A stretch of 64,000 nt of DNA from Octopus vulgaris. Taxonomy: Eukaryota. Every line of letters begins with the position of its first letter. The first letter of the stretch is position 1. A program made the position numbers and the translations under genes. The notes under the pieces are model-generated. The model did no database searches. It had not been told where the DNA came from and worked only from the letters and a program-made list of their open reading frames with translations. Positions 1 to 14,373 of this stretch are shown here, piece by piece. The stretch lies in contig OX597830.1 in assembly GCA_951406725.2 (NCBI GenBank), positions 39,618,001 through 39,682,000 on the forward strand, in the 5' to 3' direction.

Positions 1-112
1 CGGTAGACGAAAGCTGTGAAAGCCTGCTGTGTGTATGTGGCGTATATATATATATGTATGTATGTGTGTATGTATATATATGTATATAAATATATATATA
101 TATATATATGCA

Positions 113-198
<86 letters not shown>

Positions 199-440
199 GA
201 TAGATGTACACGTATACATATATATATGTATATCTGTGTTGTGTTTGCCGCTTGACAAGCGGTGTTGGTTTATTTACGTCCCCGTATCTTAGCGTTTCGG
301 CAAAAGAACTGTTAGACTAAGTATGAAGCTTAGCAAAAAAATGTAGTAAGTACTGGGGTCGATTTGTTTGACTAAACCCGTCGAGGAGCTGCCCCAGCAT
401 GGCCGCAGTCCAATGCCTGAAATGCCTGAAACAAGTAAAT
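1..440 (+). mobile_element. SINE family A (microsatellite-bearing), 5'-truncated by window edge
   Basis: ggtagacg..aagcc, then (TA/GA)n tract, then shared body gcttgacaa..tttacgtccccgta..gccccagcatggccgcagtc..tgaaacaagtaaa seen in many copies in the window. Confidence 0.8.
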
Positions 441-449
441 GATAAACGA

Positions 450-511
<62 letters not shown>

Positions 512-1102
512 CACACACACACACGTACACATACAGGCACATGTATATACGTGCACACACACAGACACACACATGGATGCACACAACGCACACATATCAC
601 TTATTTGTAGTTCTCAAAAATTGATGAAGAAAACAGAAAAGGATCCAAAAGAAAAAAAAACGATTATGTAGAGTGTATATTTAAGCATAACGAAATATCT
701 CAGAATTCCATAACGGTTTCCTTATATCGCTATGTTTACAAAGGACACCTTCTGAAACACATTGCTACGTCGAAACCATTGAACAATTATGAGATAAATA
801 ATTATATATATCCTTACTGGAATATCAACCTCACCTGCGAGTTTTTTTCTGCTCACCCTTATAAGAACATATATAGAAATATACATCCATACATATAAAC
901 ACACACATGCATAAATTTAAACATATAAAGCAACCCTCATCGGAAAGCCACGTGCTTTCTCCATAATATATATAAATTGCTCCGAGGAAACTATAAGATG
1001 TTGAACAAGCACTCAACTCGGAGCGCACAGCTTCTTATAAGCAGAAACAATTGTAAGGTTATGAAATTGATCATGAAATTCCTAACCCCTTGTCATTCAT
1101 AA

Positions 1103-1163
<61 letters not shown>

Positions 1164-1166
<3 letters not shown>

Positions 1167-1375
1167 GGGGGTGCTGAAAAGTTCCTGGCTTTGGGTAAAA
1201 GAAAATACATAGCAATTAATTGTGATTTTATTCACTACACCCCACTCAGATTCACACACATGTTGCAGCAGTACTTCAGTTTTTCCTACGTCCTATGAAA
1301 GAACTCGAAAGTTTGGGCATTCAACCAGGTCTTTCGCGATACTCTTAAAACCATGTACTTTTCGGCACCCTCTCC
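1164..1375. mobile_element. mariner-like MITE
   Basis: Imperfect terminal inverted repeats gggggtgctgaaaagttcctggcttt / aaaaccatgtacttttcggcaccctct; right end abuts TA. Confidence 0.6.
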
Positions 1376-1519
1376 TATATATATGTCTTAATCGGCAGAA
1401 GTTACGGAGTAACTCTAGGACCGGGAGTTTTCGTGTATCGCACTTATTAAAAGGGCCATGCAATGAAACCTTCGGCCGGTTCTTGAGTGACTTTGTAACT
1501 TCTACCGATTAAATATAAC

Positions 1520-1568
<49 letters not shown>

Positions 1569-1626
1569 TCATGTATTAAATTATATATGTCCTGCTTGTA
1601 CTACCAAACTTTATACACGCACACAC

Positions 1627-1720
1627 ATAGTTCGAATTTGCAGAAAACAAAAGACGAAGACAGGTGTAGGATCAACAAGCAGGTGTTTTAGTTTAACTCT
1701 CGGGAAAAATGGAAAAGTAC
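1627..1720 (-). mobile_element. Fragment of Penelope-like pseudo-LTR repeat
   Basis: Similar to 47278-47370 (tagtt..aattt.cagaaaa.caaaagac.aaga.aggtgta..aacaagca.gtgt.ttagttt); truncated before the hammerhead motif. Confidence 0.55.
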
Positions 1721-2004
1721 CAGGTTTCAAAAAAAAAAACAAAAACCAAAGTAAGTACTGTGTGGGGTCGATTCATTCGACTAGAAATCTTTCAAGGCTG
1801 TGCCCCAGCATGGCCGTTGTCTAAACTGAAACAATTAAAAGATGTCAAAGATATGCTCGAAGTAAGTTCGGTCCTAAAGAAAAGTAAAATTTTACTCGCA
1901 CACAGAAAGATACAGATATATACCTCTACCAAAGTGACATTCTTTAGAAACCGTTTAACCGCAAATTTCTGTAACACGTCATTTCATCATCTCCATTATT
2001 ATTA

Positions 2005-2101
<97 letters not shown>

Positions 2102-2112
2102 TATTATTATTA

Positions 2113-2645
2113 TTTACTTTTAATCTGCATGTTTGTTACAATCACTAGCTGAGGCGCATCTAGCGTCTTAGGGTGAGTGAAGGATGAGAGATGCTACAGT
2201 ATGACTGAAAGCTCGAGGCGGGCAAGTGGCAGGAGCAGTGGCGAAATATCTTCATGTAATACAATACATACATTTAAATTGATAGGTTTTTTCTAAGGAT
2301 GTGAGCAGTACTTGTGAGCACAATCTTTTGGATTTCTCTGAGACATGGGTCTCCCAGGATATTATCTAGATGTTTCTGACATCCCTTTCTTATCTTACCA
2401 AGGACACCTACAATAACAGGAAGAGTTCTCACTTTAAGACGCCACATCTTTTGTATTTCATTTTCCAGGTCCTTATATTTACTTAATTCGTCAAATTCAT
2501 TTACAGATATATTTTCATCAGTGGGAGCACTTACATCTATTAGTCTACAAGTATTTTCTTCTCTGTTTTTAATGTCTATATCTGGTCGATTAGCCTGGAT
2601 CGTTCTGTCGGTGTTGACTGGAAAATCCCAGAGGATGAATTCATC
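2113..2645 (-). mobile_element. R4/Dong-like non-LTR retrotransposon 3' fragment (restriction-like endonuclease)
   Basis: ORF 2274-2687: ILWDFPVNTDRTIQANRPDI..LIDVSAP..SKYKDL..TAHILRK (PD..D RLE motif); 3' UTR runs into (TAA)n at 1997-2112. Confidence 0.85.
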
Positions 2646-2905
2646 CCTTTGTCTGTCCTTGTTTGTCACCTCTATGTTTAGCCCCATGTGGGCAATAAAG
2701 AAATAAGAATCGTTACTACGCCGGGCAAAATGTTTAGTGGCATTTCGTCCGTCTGAGTTTAAATGCCACCGGGATTGGCTTTGCCTCTCATTTTTGTAAA
2801 TAGGCGGGGGTCTATAAAATTAGCATCAGTTGAGCACTTAGAGCAATCTAAACAACTTATCTCAACCCCAAACTTGCTGGCAGCGTGCCAAAATTTGAAA
2901 CCATT
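2646..2905 (+). mobile_element. SINE family B fragments
   Basis: tttgtctgtccttgtttgtc..gccccatgtgggcaataaagaaata tail, then a degenerate head gaatcgtta..cgccgggcaaaatg. Confidence 0.65.
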
Positions 2906-3174
2906 ATTATTATTCCATTTTTTTTGTTGGTTTTATTTCAAGGAAATAGTAACTATAAATATTGCAAAACTAGCGAAGTCTGCAACAGTATGTTTATATA
3001 TATATATCAGGTGCGGCAGAAGTGTATGATTCATCATTTTTGACAAATGTGCCATCAACAAACACATGATATCAAAACCTTGATAGCAACTAATAAGAAC
3101 AAATGAGAAAGAATTAACTACAGGAAGACACCATTACCGTCTCTCTATCTTCTCAACTGCCACATCAATAGCCG

Positions 3175-3241
<67 letters not shown>

Positions 3242-3780
3242 CATATATATATATATGTATGTATGTATATACGTATGTATGTATATACGTATGTATGTAT
3301 GTATGTATGTATATATATGTGTGTGTGTGTGTGTGCGTACGCACCCGTGTGCATGCGCATGTGCGTGTGCGTTTGTGTGTAAGAATATGTATGATTCTTT
3401 GGGGGGGATGTAAGCTTTGCATGTATATACGCAGACATACAATTATATATATATATATATATATATATATGCGTATACAAACATACACACATTAATATAT
3501 TTTTTATATATTTATGTATGTATGCAAGTATGTAGGTACCTTTGTATGTATGTCAGATGACGAAGTCAACTTGATGTCACGCTAACCTTATTCTTGTATG
3601 GAATGGAACATGTTTCTTTTTCTTTTCTTTTTTTTTTTTTATTTTGCAAGGCATCAAGTTCTTTCAAGTTTACTGAAATTCGGTGAGCTCCTTGTCGAAT
3701 AAGATGTAATAAAATATATACCACTTAAAAAGTGTGTGTGTGTCTATGTGTGTATATATCTATCTCTCTATATATATATG

Positions 3781-3861
<81 letters not shown>

Positions 3862-3874
3862 ATATGTACATACA

Positions 3875-3914
<40 letters not shown>

Positions 3915-4090
3915 TATATATCACCACTCATACAGTAATAGTTTTTAATAAATTGAAAGTTATTAAAACTCCCACACAAAATAGATGGCAGAATTTCTTT
4001 ACTGATCTTAACATTCTGAGTTCGAATTCCATTTTATTCTTCCCAAAGATCAATAGAACAAAGTACTTGTCAAAAATATTAGAATCGATA

Positions 4091-4480
4091 TAAGTGGCTT
4101 GCTAGCCAACCACGTGGTTCCGGGTTCGGTCCCACTGCGTGGCATCTTGGGCAAGTGTCTTCTGCTATAGCCCCGGGCCGACCAATGCCTTTTGGGTGGA
4201 TTTGGTAGACGGAAACTGATGGAAGCCTGTCGTATATATGTATATATATATATGTGTGTGTGTATGTGTTTGTGTGTCTGTGTTTGTCCCCCTAGCATTG
4301 CTTGACAACCGATGCTGGTGTGTTTACGTCCCCATCACTTAGCGGTTCGGCAAAAAAAGAGACCGATAGAATAAGTACTGGGCTTACAAAGAATAAGTTC
4401 CGGGGTCGATTTGCTCGACTAAAGGCGGTGCTCCAGCATGGCCGCAGTCAAATGACTGAAACAAGTAAAAGAGTAAAAGT
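4091..4480 (+). mobile_element. SINE family A
   Basis: tRNA-like B box ggttccgggttcggtccc, ttgggcaagtgtcttct, internal (TA/TG)n, conserved 3' body ending gaaacaagtaaaagagtaaaag. Confidence 0.88.
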
Positions 4481-5649
4481 ATAATATGATTAAAACGCCA
4501 CCACTCTGCAACAAGAATTGAAGAACGAGGTAATGGTACGATAACGAATTACTATTTTACTTATTTTCAATAATTGGGCTATGACCATGCTGGAGCATCA
4601 CTCCGAAGGAATTAATCGAACAATTATGTTATTAATTATTTTATTTCATGTTCATTTATTTATTTGTACATGTGGTACTTATTCTATCGTTGTCTTTTGC
4701 CAGAGATATAAACAAAAACTGACGTCGGTTGCCAAGCGATGGTGGAGAAACACAAAGCCATACATACACACAAGTATACAAGCAGGCATACATACATACA
4801 TACACACATACATACATACATACATACATACATACATACATACATACATACATACATACATACATACATACATGAAGCTATCAAAATCAGATGAGAAGAC
4901 GTAGAGAACCGTTTAAGATGCATTTTTGAGCGTTTTCTTCACCAATTTTGCCGACTGCTCCAGCCGAAATCAGTAACTGGCATTTTTCTCCAATTATAAA
5001 CAAGAGAAACACCTTTTACTTCCCAACGTAGTTTTATTCTGACTGGATTTTAAAAAAATACACCTTACACCACAATCATGCCTGAAACTAATAACAACAA
5101 AACTGATGAAGAAATCGAAACTGTCACACTCTCAAGTTATCTAAAAAGACATCAGTACGCTTCTCATTTTACTTGGATTTTACATCTGAACCGAAATCTG
5201 CTTCGGTGCAATGAAAAGGAACCCGTGATTACCTTTTTTTTTTGGGATATATGAAGCAGTAAAAATAAAAGATACTGGGACGAGGTTCACCCTAGCTAAA
5301 CGGAAGAAACAGCTTCGGCGCTTCGGTGAAAAACATGTGTCTTTGAGAATAAGAAATAGCTTGCTTCCAGATTGCTAATCGATATTCTCAAAATACCGAG
5401 AACTGGCCAAAATCTGCTAGGAGAAATCGAAAATAATCCTTACTACTACAAGCACAAGGCCTGGAAGAAATCGAAAATAATGTAAACACACTGCTGCCGC
5501 CATCACTAAATTCTCGTGCATTTCCAAATATAGTCGAGGCAAAAAAAAAAAAAAACTCTATTGGTGACTCTTCACACCAGGAATTTGAGGGTAAACTAAG
5601 CATTCTAAAGCACGAATTGAAGACGCCGGGCAAAAATCTCCGCAACCGC

Positions 5650-6043
5650 AGGCAATGGCAGAAACGTTAGCACGTTGGGTAGAATACTTAGCGGTATTTC
5701 ACGCGCCGCTACGTTGTGAGTTCAAATTCCACCGAGGTAGACTTTGCCTTTCATCCTTTCAGGGTCGATTAAATAAGTACCAGTTACGCACTGGGGTCGA
5801 TATAATCGACTTAATCCGTTTGTCTGTCCTTGTTTGTCCCCTCTGTGCGTAACCCCTTGTGGGCAGTAAAGAAATAGGTATTTCGCCCGTTGCTACGTTC
5901 TGAGTTCAAATTTCGCCGAGGTCGACTTAGCCTTTCATTCTTTCAGGGTCGATAAATTAAGTACCAGCTGCGTCCTGGGGTCAATCTTATCGTCTGCCCT
6001 CTCCTCCAAAATTTCGGGCCTTGCGCCTAGAGTAGAAAAGAAT
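5650..6043 (+). mobile_element. SINE family B, dimeric form
   Basis: Head ggcagaaacgttagcacg; core gagttcaaattcc..gactttgcctttcatcctttc.gggtcgat.aaataagtaccag occurs twice, separated by tail ccccttgtgggcagtaaagaaata. Confidence 0.85.
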
Positions 6044-6539
6044 ATCTGAACGAGCCTGTATAAATCACAAGTTTACTTTTAACTCACAGGTTTTATTCAG
6101 GGAGAGATAAGGATGGAAAACATTACAGTTAAGAAATCCCATTCTCAAGAAGATCTTGAATAATTCTGGTATAAAATCTGGAATCAAAGGGGGGAGTTCA
6201 ACTTTAATTCATCGTGACTATAGAGTTAGGAGAGAATACTGTACAAACATCGACAGTAAATCAAACGCAATTGATTCCTCTTTATTATATTTGTAGGCAA
6301 ATAGCAAAATAGGAAGAGGACTAATGGTTGGATATATGGGGATGACATTAATATATTTATTCAAATGGACTATGGATAAAGAAAGGGATAATGATTGAGA
6401 TAGAGAATGAACAATGTAATGACATTGATTATATGATTATCAACAATATGCTTGAGGTTTATAGATTTTAAACACAGTGCTACCTTAGCGTGCGATCTAC
6501 TGCACTATCCGTATTTCTACTGTGAAAACAATCATCAAA

Positions 6540-7435
6540 ATATCTTTTAAAATAGACTATGGAACGTCAGATTGACATATCAAATTGGCTTGTAACAGCA
6601 CGAAAGAATTTTGTGGCCAAGAATGAAACCACCGATTTGGCAGAAAAGTACAGGCCCATTGATTGCCTAAACATTATGTACAAACTGTACACAAATTGTT
6701 CCAATCAATTCCTCCAGGATTATTGTAATTCTATGAACAAAATGACTGATGACCAGGCAAATGGAAAGAAGGGAATGTGGATGTGCGCCAAATAACTTTT
6801 GCTGAGCAATGCTGGACTGTCTGAAGTAAGGATACACCGCAGGAGCCTTGCGACAGTTTGACTTGGTTAGAAGAAAGCGTTCGACTCTATTTCCCACTCA
6901 TGGCTGCTGAAGTATTGAAATTTGAATATAAGTAACTGGTACTTTACTTGCTGCCATTGAAAGTCTCATAAAAGCTGAGCAATAATTCTCACACAACTGA
7001 AAGCGGAACTATCGCTTCCAATGTTGTTAATATTCCCTTTGGAATATTCCAAGGAGATGGCATTAAATCCATTATCGTAACAAAAAAAAAAACAGCTGAT
7101 GTAGGAATGGAATTTGACCAAAAGGAATGTTTGTATTTGATTGTAAAACGTGGAAAATCAGTTCCACAGACCCTGAAGCCTGCACATCAATGGTCTCCCT
7201 CCCTCTCTCTCTCTCTCCTGTTGCATACAAAGAATGCTGCAAATACCTAGGCATTGTTGAAAATATATCATACGAAGAAGCTGCGAGTAGAGATAGAGAG
7301 ACCCGAGACTATTGTACCAGACTTAGGAAAATATGGTAGTTCGAACACTCCTCTTGCAACAAGACAATATCAAACAATGTGTTTGCAGTACCAATGTTGA
7401 TTCCAACATTTAGGATACTGACTGGTCAGTGTCGG
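6540..7435 (+). pseudogene. Degenerate non-LTR reverse transcriptase fragment (R4/Dong-like)
   Basis: Across frames: KYRPIDCLNIMYKLYT, KKAFDSISHSWLLK, GIFQGDG, VGMEF, KYLGIVE, FAVPMLIPTF; many stops and frameshifts. Confidence 0.75.
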
Positions 7436-7469
7436 ACATACACACACACACACATGTATGTAGTTGTCT

Positions 7470-7765
7470 AGCAGAGTTTGTAACGAAAAGGTGTCTCACA
7501 TTGTTTTTAAGTGCGTTATGCAAAAAAACAAAAAGGAAAAAAATGTTCGAAATCGACCCGGAATAGTGTAGGGAATGGGAATTCCTGAATTTTCAAAAGT
7601 TTTTAATTTAAAAAATAGACTTCTACCCCTCACCTACAAGGTTGTGGTAAAAAAAAATTTGAAAAATCCCCGTCGATATGGAGAAAATCCAACTTAAATG
7701 AACGTGCTATTCCGAAAGTCCGTCTAGTGGGAAAATTACCCTGCAACGATGGGGCACTCAGCTAG
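7470..7765 (+). mobile_element. Probable non-autonomous Helitron 3' part
   Basis: Ends with imperfect GC hairpin ccctgcaacgatgggg followed by CTAG|T at 7762-7766. Confidence 0.4.
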
Positions 7766-7790
7766 TGTGTGTGTACGCACATGTATGTGT

Positions 7791-7833
<43 letters not shown>

Positions 7834-7847
7834 TACATATATATGTA

Positions 7848-8072
7848 TGGCGAGCTGGCAGAATCGTTAGCACGCCGGGCGAAATGCGTAGCCGTATTTC
7901 ACCTGCTGTTACGTTCTGAGTTCAAATTCCGCCGAGGTCGACTTTGCCTTTCATCCTTTCGGGGTCGATAAATAAAGTACCAGTTACGCACTGGGGTCGA
8001 TGTAATCGACTTAATCCCTTTGTCTGTCTTTGTTTGTCCCCCTCTATGTTTAGCCCCTTGTGGGCAATAAAG

Positions 8073-8075
<3 letters not shown>
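7848..8075 (+). mobile_element. SINE family B (monomer)
   Basis: ggcgagctggcagaatcgttagcacgccgggcgaaatg..core..gccccttgtgggcaataaagaaata then (TA)n. Confidence 0.88.
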
Positions 8076-8125
<50 letters not shown>

Positions 8126-8137
8126 CATATACATATA

Positions 8138-8360
8138 CAGGGTGGCCCAAAAGTAGGTTTACAGTTATCGCGTAGGCACTTTAAATTTCTTTTAAAACAT
8201 TTTATTACATTTAAATTTCTATCTTACAATCATATTGTCTATCATATAAATTAGCATAGAATAATGGCTTCATATTTTTTGTATAATTAAGTCAAAACTG
8301 TTAATATATGAATGCGAAAGAGATAGTCGAATAACTGTAAACCTACTGTTGGGCATTCTG
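8138..8360. mobile_element. Tc1/mariner-type MITE
   Basis: TA|cagggtggcccaaaagtaggtttacagttat ... ataactgtaaacctactgttgggcattctg|TA: ~31-bp imperfect TIRs, TA TSD. Confidence 0.8.
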
Positions 8361-9023
8361 TATATGTAGGCTTAAATGCATATGAGTGTATATACGTGCA
8401 TATGCACCCCGTTTCCGTTTCCCAACTTTCACTGACATTCTTTTTTTAATCCTACCTAAAGTATATGTGCGTGTATATATACATCCTGTGTATGAATGTG
8501 TATACAACTACGTGCATGTATGAAGTCTTTTTGCATCGGTTAAAATGCTTCTTACACAGATTTAAGACATGATTTAATGTCAGCGCTCTAACGAATTTTT
8601 TTTTTTTTTTGTGCTGTGTTATCACTTTTCTTATCTTCTAATACCATATTATCAACTCTCTGTGGTCCGAATTTGAACAGGAAGGTTTTGTGGAGGTTGT
8701 CGGTTGGTGAAGCACCAGATTTTCTCATAGCTCTTAGCTTTTCTAATCGCACAGATGGGAACATAGCAATGTGTTTGATATCAAGCTAGTTAATATCACA
8801 CTAGCTTCTCAAAAGACGTTCATCAAATAACGTCAAAATACATCCAGGGATCGCCACACTTTTAGGATAATTCAATCTTGATTATATTGGGTTAGTTAGT
8901 CCAGGACAACATCATACATAAGACAGAAAAGATATCTGCCAAACGGTGCAGCCACGGTGAGAACGTCGATCACTCAATAAGGACTTTGTACTTAGTCGCT
9001 CAGCCGGCCTCTTTTGTGTCATA

Positions 9024-9090
9024 TTTGGTCTAGTCTGGTTTGGTTTGGTCTAGTCTGGTTTGGTTTGGTCTAGTCTGGTGTCGTCTGATC
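9024..9090. repeat. Short 20-bp tandem repeat (tttggtctagtctggtttgg) x ~3
   Basis: Directly visible tandem units. Confidence 0.75.
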
Positions 9091-10117
9091 TGGATTGAAC
9101 TGTTTGATTAGGAGAGACACGTACGGCATGAGAGCAACTGCAATAACATTGCCTCGATAGAATGCAGCTAAAAGGGAGCCTCTCCGTGATCGCTCAATGT
9201 GTTAAAAAGAGCTACTATAACTCCATCAAATCGCATCACTCTCAAAAACAAGCTACACATACAGAAGTATCCACTTTGATCATAACTCTCTCAAAGCAGC
9301 ACAAATAGGGACAGAAAGATATCAATAACACTTCTAAAGAATCATATCTGAAATTTGCTATTATTGTTTCTATGTAGCTGAGCTAGTAAAACCGTCAGAG
9401 TGTCGGATAAAATACCTGGCGGCGATTCTTTCTATTCTTTACGGGCTGAGTTTAGTTTACCTGAAGTCACCTTTGTCTTTCATCATTTTGAGATCGATAA
9501 AATGAAATACAAGTCGAGTACTGAAGTCGATGGTATCTTCCCTCATAATATCTGGCTTTGTGCTTAAATCAGAAACAATTTATATCATTATCACTTGTTT
9601 AATTGATTTTATCCTTGGGATTAGTAGATTAAACTATCAAAATGTATTTAAAATCTAATAGATATATACTTTAGCAGGGAGGTGAGCGAGATATTCCCAC
9701 AAAATCAACTGACGGAAATTTTTAAAAGTATAGGAAATGAGGTATGGGAATTGATCTGGTTTGTAAATCAACACGTATCTGTTTTATTAGACCTCTTCAG
9801 CCTAGCTTGTTCTGCTCAGTTGGCAAATTCTGTGTGTGTGTGTGTGTGTGTGTGCACATAAATATGAGTGAATGAACAACCGAAAGAAGGTAGCACTTGA
9901 TAAATTTGGTTGTAGTTACATATATTTAACAATTTGACCCAGTTCCACATGACTTGAAGTTTCGTAGGCGCAAGGATTCGTCAATTTCATCAGATGTTCA
10001 GAGGTAGAGTGTATACACATATGCATACATACATACATGCATACATACATATACACACAGACACACACATACATGCATACATACATACATACATACATAC
10101 ATACATACATACATACA

Positions 10118-10183
<66 letters not shown>

Positions 10184-11229
10184 TATACATAGAAAGATAA
10201 AGAAAGGAATAATGATAGAGATAGAGATTATTGAGGTTTATAGATTTTAAACTCAGTGCTACCTTAGCGTGCGGTCTACCACACTATCTGTATTTCTACT
10301 GTGAAAACAATCATCAAAATATCATTTAAAACATCAAAAATCCTTTTCCCTTTTGCGTAACCATCTATAAAGCTTCGTTGTTTTGTACATTTGATTTGTC
10401 GAGCTGTATGCTAAATTCAGCCCTTCTAATTGATTTTCAGGGTCCTCGGACAATCCCTCAATCCAACAAGAGAGAGTGGAACAAAGTTTAACCTTTTTAC
10501 TGCCAAAATCAGATACGGAAATGTCTACACAAAATCTTATTACTCTTCACTGCAGAAAGCAGTTCTATATATCAGTCTACCGTTTGTTGAGGAATGTCAT
10601 GTCATGTTTGAAGCAATTTTATATTGAGATGTGTCAAGTTTACTGAGATAATGTTTCTTGCGGAAAATACCATTTTTTTGTTTTGTTTTTGATAGATATT
10701 TTACATTGTTACTAGAATAACCGTGAAATTTAATTTCACAGTGAAAGGATGAAAGTATTTCTGTCTAAAATCTTCATTTTATAAAATACGTTTACCATAA
10801 AATTACATGAGTCATCCACGATCTGAAGGTAAGGCGATAAATCCTAACTGCAGGAAGTTTACATAATATTGCCAAATTTTGGTATTGTTTTCTTTGTGTT
10901 TTCTTTATAGGCAGAACTTCTTGAATGGTTTTCTGAATTTTCTCGCTTGCTCATAATACTGAGAAATATCTAAAATTTGAAAGCAAAACAATTTTGAGTC
11001 ATTAATACCACGAAAAAATAATCTATTATTAATACTGAGTACCTATATTTTGATTAAATACGTTAAGCTTAGTAAAAATGAAGTTTTAATTATTTTTACA
11101 AAAGAGATTAATAAATATGTGATTCGAAATAATTTATAAGTCGAAATAAAGACCCCCCCCCCGCCATAAAAAAAATAGTAAAAATGCTGTCTTTTAATAA
11201 AACCAGGAGATATTTTTGTGTGTGATCTA

Positions 11230-12070
11230 CCGTAGTAAAAATTGATAGGTGTGTTGCGTTTGCGTTTAATGAGGATTTTGATGGGAATGTACCACCAATA
11301 TTTAAATAGTTGCATTTTCTTATTAGCATTTATTCCAGAATAGCTCTTATACTGACGACATAACACTGTTTTAACAACAAGACGCAGAAGAAAACAATCT
11401 TATGACGACATATGTTTCAAAGTATAACTAACACAATCGTTATTTCCAGTCACATCATAAGATTTTAGTGCCGCACCGTACCTTTTATGCAATAGCTATT
11501 TTGCAACCATCTTTTAGCGTCTGATTGCAAAAGCATAATTTTCCAGAATATGTGGGGTCATAAAATGGCCATTGGTTACGCTCCTTACCAGTGTTGGTAT
11601 CATTTCGACGTTCACACATAACATATTCAAACATAAGATTTTATTGTTATGCAGGTATCTGTTAAGATCTATTCAGTAGTTTTGGAATTGTAGAGAATAG
11701 TATTGTATGATGAATTTGTTTTAGGGAGTGTAGCCCCATCTTGAAAGATGTCGATATCATGACTCTTGAGCTGTTGATGGATGTATTTCCTTTAGTTTAG
11801 CAGATATAGATTGAGTGATATAACTTAAAGCTTGTTTCGTCTGACTTTTAGCTACTTTCTGAGACAGAATCAATCAAGATATTTTATCTGTGAAAGGTAA
11901 TTGATTTTAGGATCTCTCAGACTTTAATAAAATAATAGCCTCCATAACCCAGTCAAGCATTCCAAATATTGATACCAGTACTGGCAGTGAAATTGCATAA
12001 GGGAAGAGCTCCGAGTACAATGGATCTTAAGCCTGCTGTTCTTTAGTTTTAGCACATTTAAGTCATTGAA
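11230..12070 (-). pseudogene. Highly degenerate R4/Dong-like thumb-to-endonuclease region
   Basis: Minus-strand remnants AISLPVLVSIFGMLDW, LENYAFAI, KYWWYIPIKILIKRKRNTP resembling thumb, linker and pre-PD segments. Confidence 0.5.
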
Positions 12071-12124
12071 CAAAAAGTTAAATAAAGATGAAATACGCAA
12101 TGACAAACCAATAATAACAAGATC

Positions 12125-12446
12125 ACTCGGAGAGCGCAAACCTCCGCCAAGGCAACACCAACGTCCTCTCAACAATTAACCACAGATGATTTTTAAAATG
12201 AAAATATCTGAAATAAACTCGACTGCTCTCACAAACAAGAATACTGAAAATGAACCAGATCGCTCTTAAAAATTAAGGGGAAAAAAAGGAAAAAACAATC
12301 TAGAATCCTTGCCCGGTACCGAATCGATCCCAAAATCTAATCAGTTCGTGCCAATCACGACGCCAAACATCCCTGAATCCATCTAGCAGTTCTTGAGATA
12401 TCTTGTCCACAGACAAACAAACACGACTGAAACAATACCCTCGCCT
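12125..12446. mobile_element. Helentron/HINE-like non-autonomous element (tentative)
   Basis: acctccgccaagg near the start; gatcccaaaatctaatcagttc, ttcttgagatatc..acagacaaacaaac and aacaataccctcgcc near the end. Confidence 0.4.
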
Positions 12447-12689
12447 ATATATATATATATGACGGACGTCTTTCAGGTTCCTTCAACCAAAACCACTTAA
12501 AAGGCTTTGGTTAACCTGCGGCTACAGTAGAAGACATTTGGTCCTAGGTGCCACGCAATGCGACTGAACCCTGAACTATGCGGGTGGGAAGCCAGCTTCT
12601 TACCACAGAGCCCTGTAGCCCTGTTCATTAAATTTCCCTCAAAGTCGAAGACTCTCGCCGAAGGGTGTCGCACAGTGGCGTTTAGAAGG

Positions 12690-13625
<936 letters not shown>

Positions 13626-13651
13626 TTATAATTATAATAATAATAATAATA

Positions 13652-13723
<72 letters not shown>

Positions 13724-13745
13724 GCTATTATTAATATTATTATTC

Positions 13746-13827
<82 letters not shown>

Positions 13828-13828
<1 letters not shown>

Positions 13829-14373
13829 GAGTGAGAGAGCAGTCCATGCCATCAAAGTGACACTGGGGTAAAATATACGAAGCACAATAAACCCATCATG
13901 ACTACCCGTCTGATAAGGGTACACCAGGCACATGCATCACAACCATACGTGCGCGACATGGTGATCTCATATCAAGATAAACAGCACATGACCTTGCAGG
14001 TGGGGCCCAGTTAGAATTTTCTTCAGGTTGAGTAGCACATCCCGCTCAAAACGTCCCTGAATAAGGGTTGTTTATGGATGTTGAAAGAACCACCCATGTT
14101 TCCAGAGGTGATTTATTCAAACCACAAAGAATGCCTCTCAACACATGGCTATGATGCTCCCCCACTACTTTAGCTCGTGATCAGAGATGCACATAACGTC
14201 AGCCACTAAGGAACATGCTCAACTGGTTAAAGTCAAACAACTGACAAGCAAATCTGTGGTATTGAACAGAATATTTGCTGTAGCCCCTCCTTTATACCAA
14301 GACAAAACAATGTACATGATAGCATTTCCAATCAGATAAGATCAGAAGCCATGAGAGCCACTGACTGGTACAG
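13828..14373 (-). mobile_element. ~550-bp (TAA)n-inserted element, copy 2, joined to the telomeric array
   Basis: Tandem copy of 13073-13625; lacks the ~14 terminal nt (atcagggcattta) and runs directly into ccctaa repeats. Confidence 0.85.

Noticed and set aside
14150-14250. HDV-like ribozyme in the 550-bp element (gtcagtt/ggctgac pairing) and ctgatg near its 5' end
   Set aside because: P1.1/P4 elements and the hammerhead CUGANGA..GAAA core could not be completed by eye.
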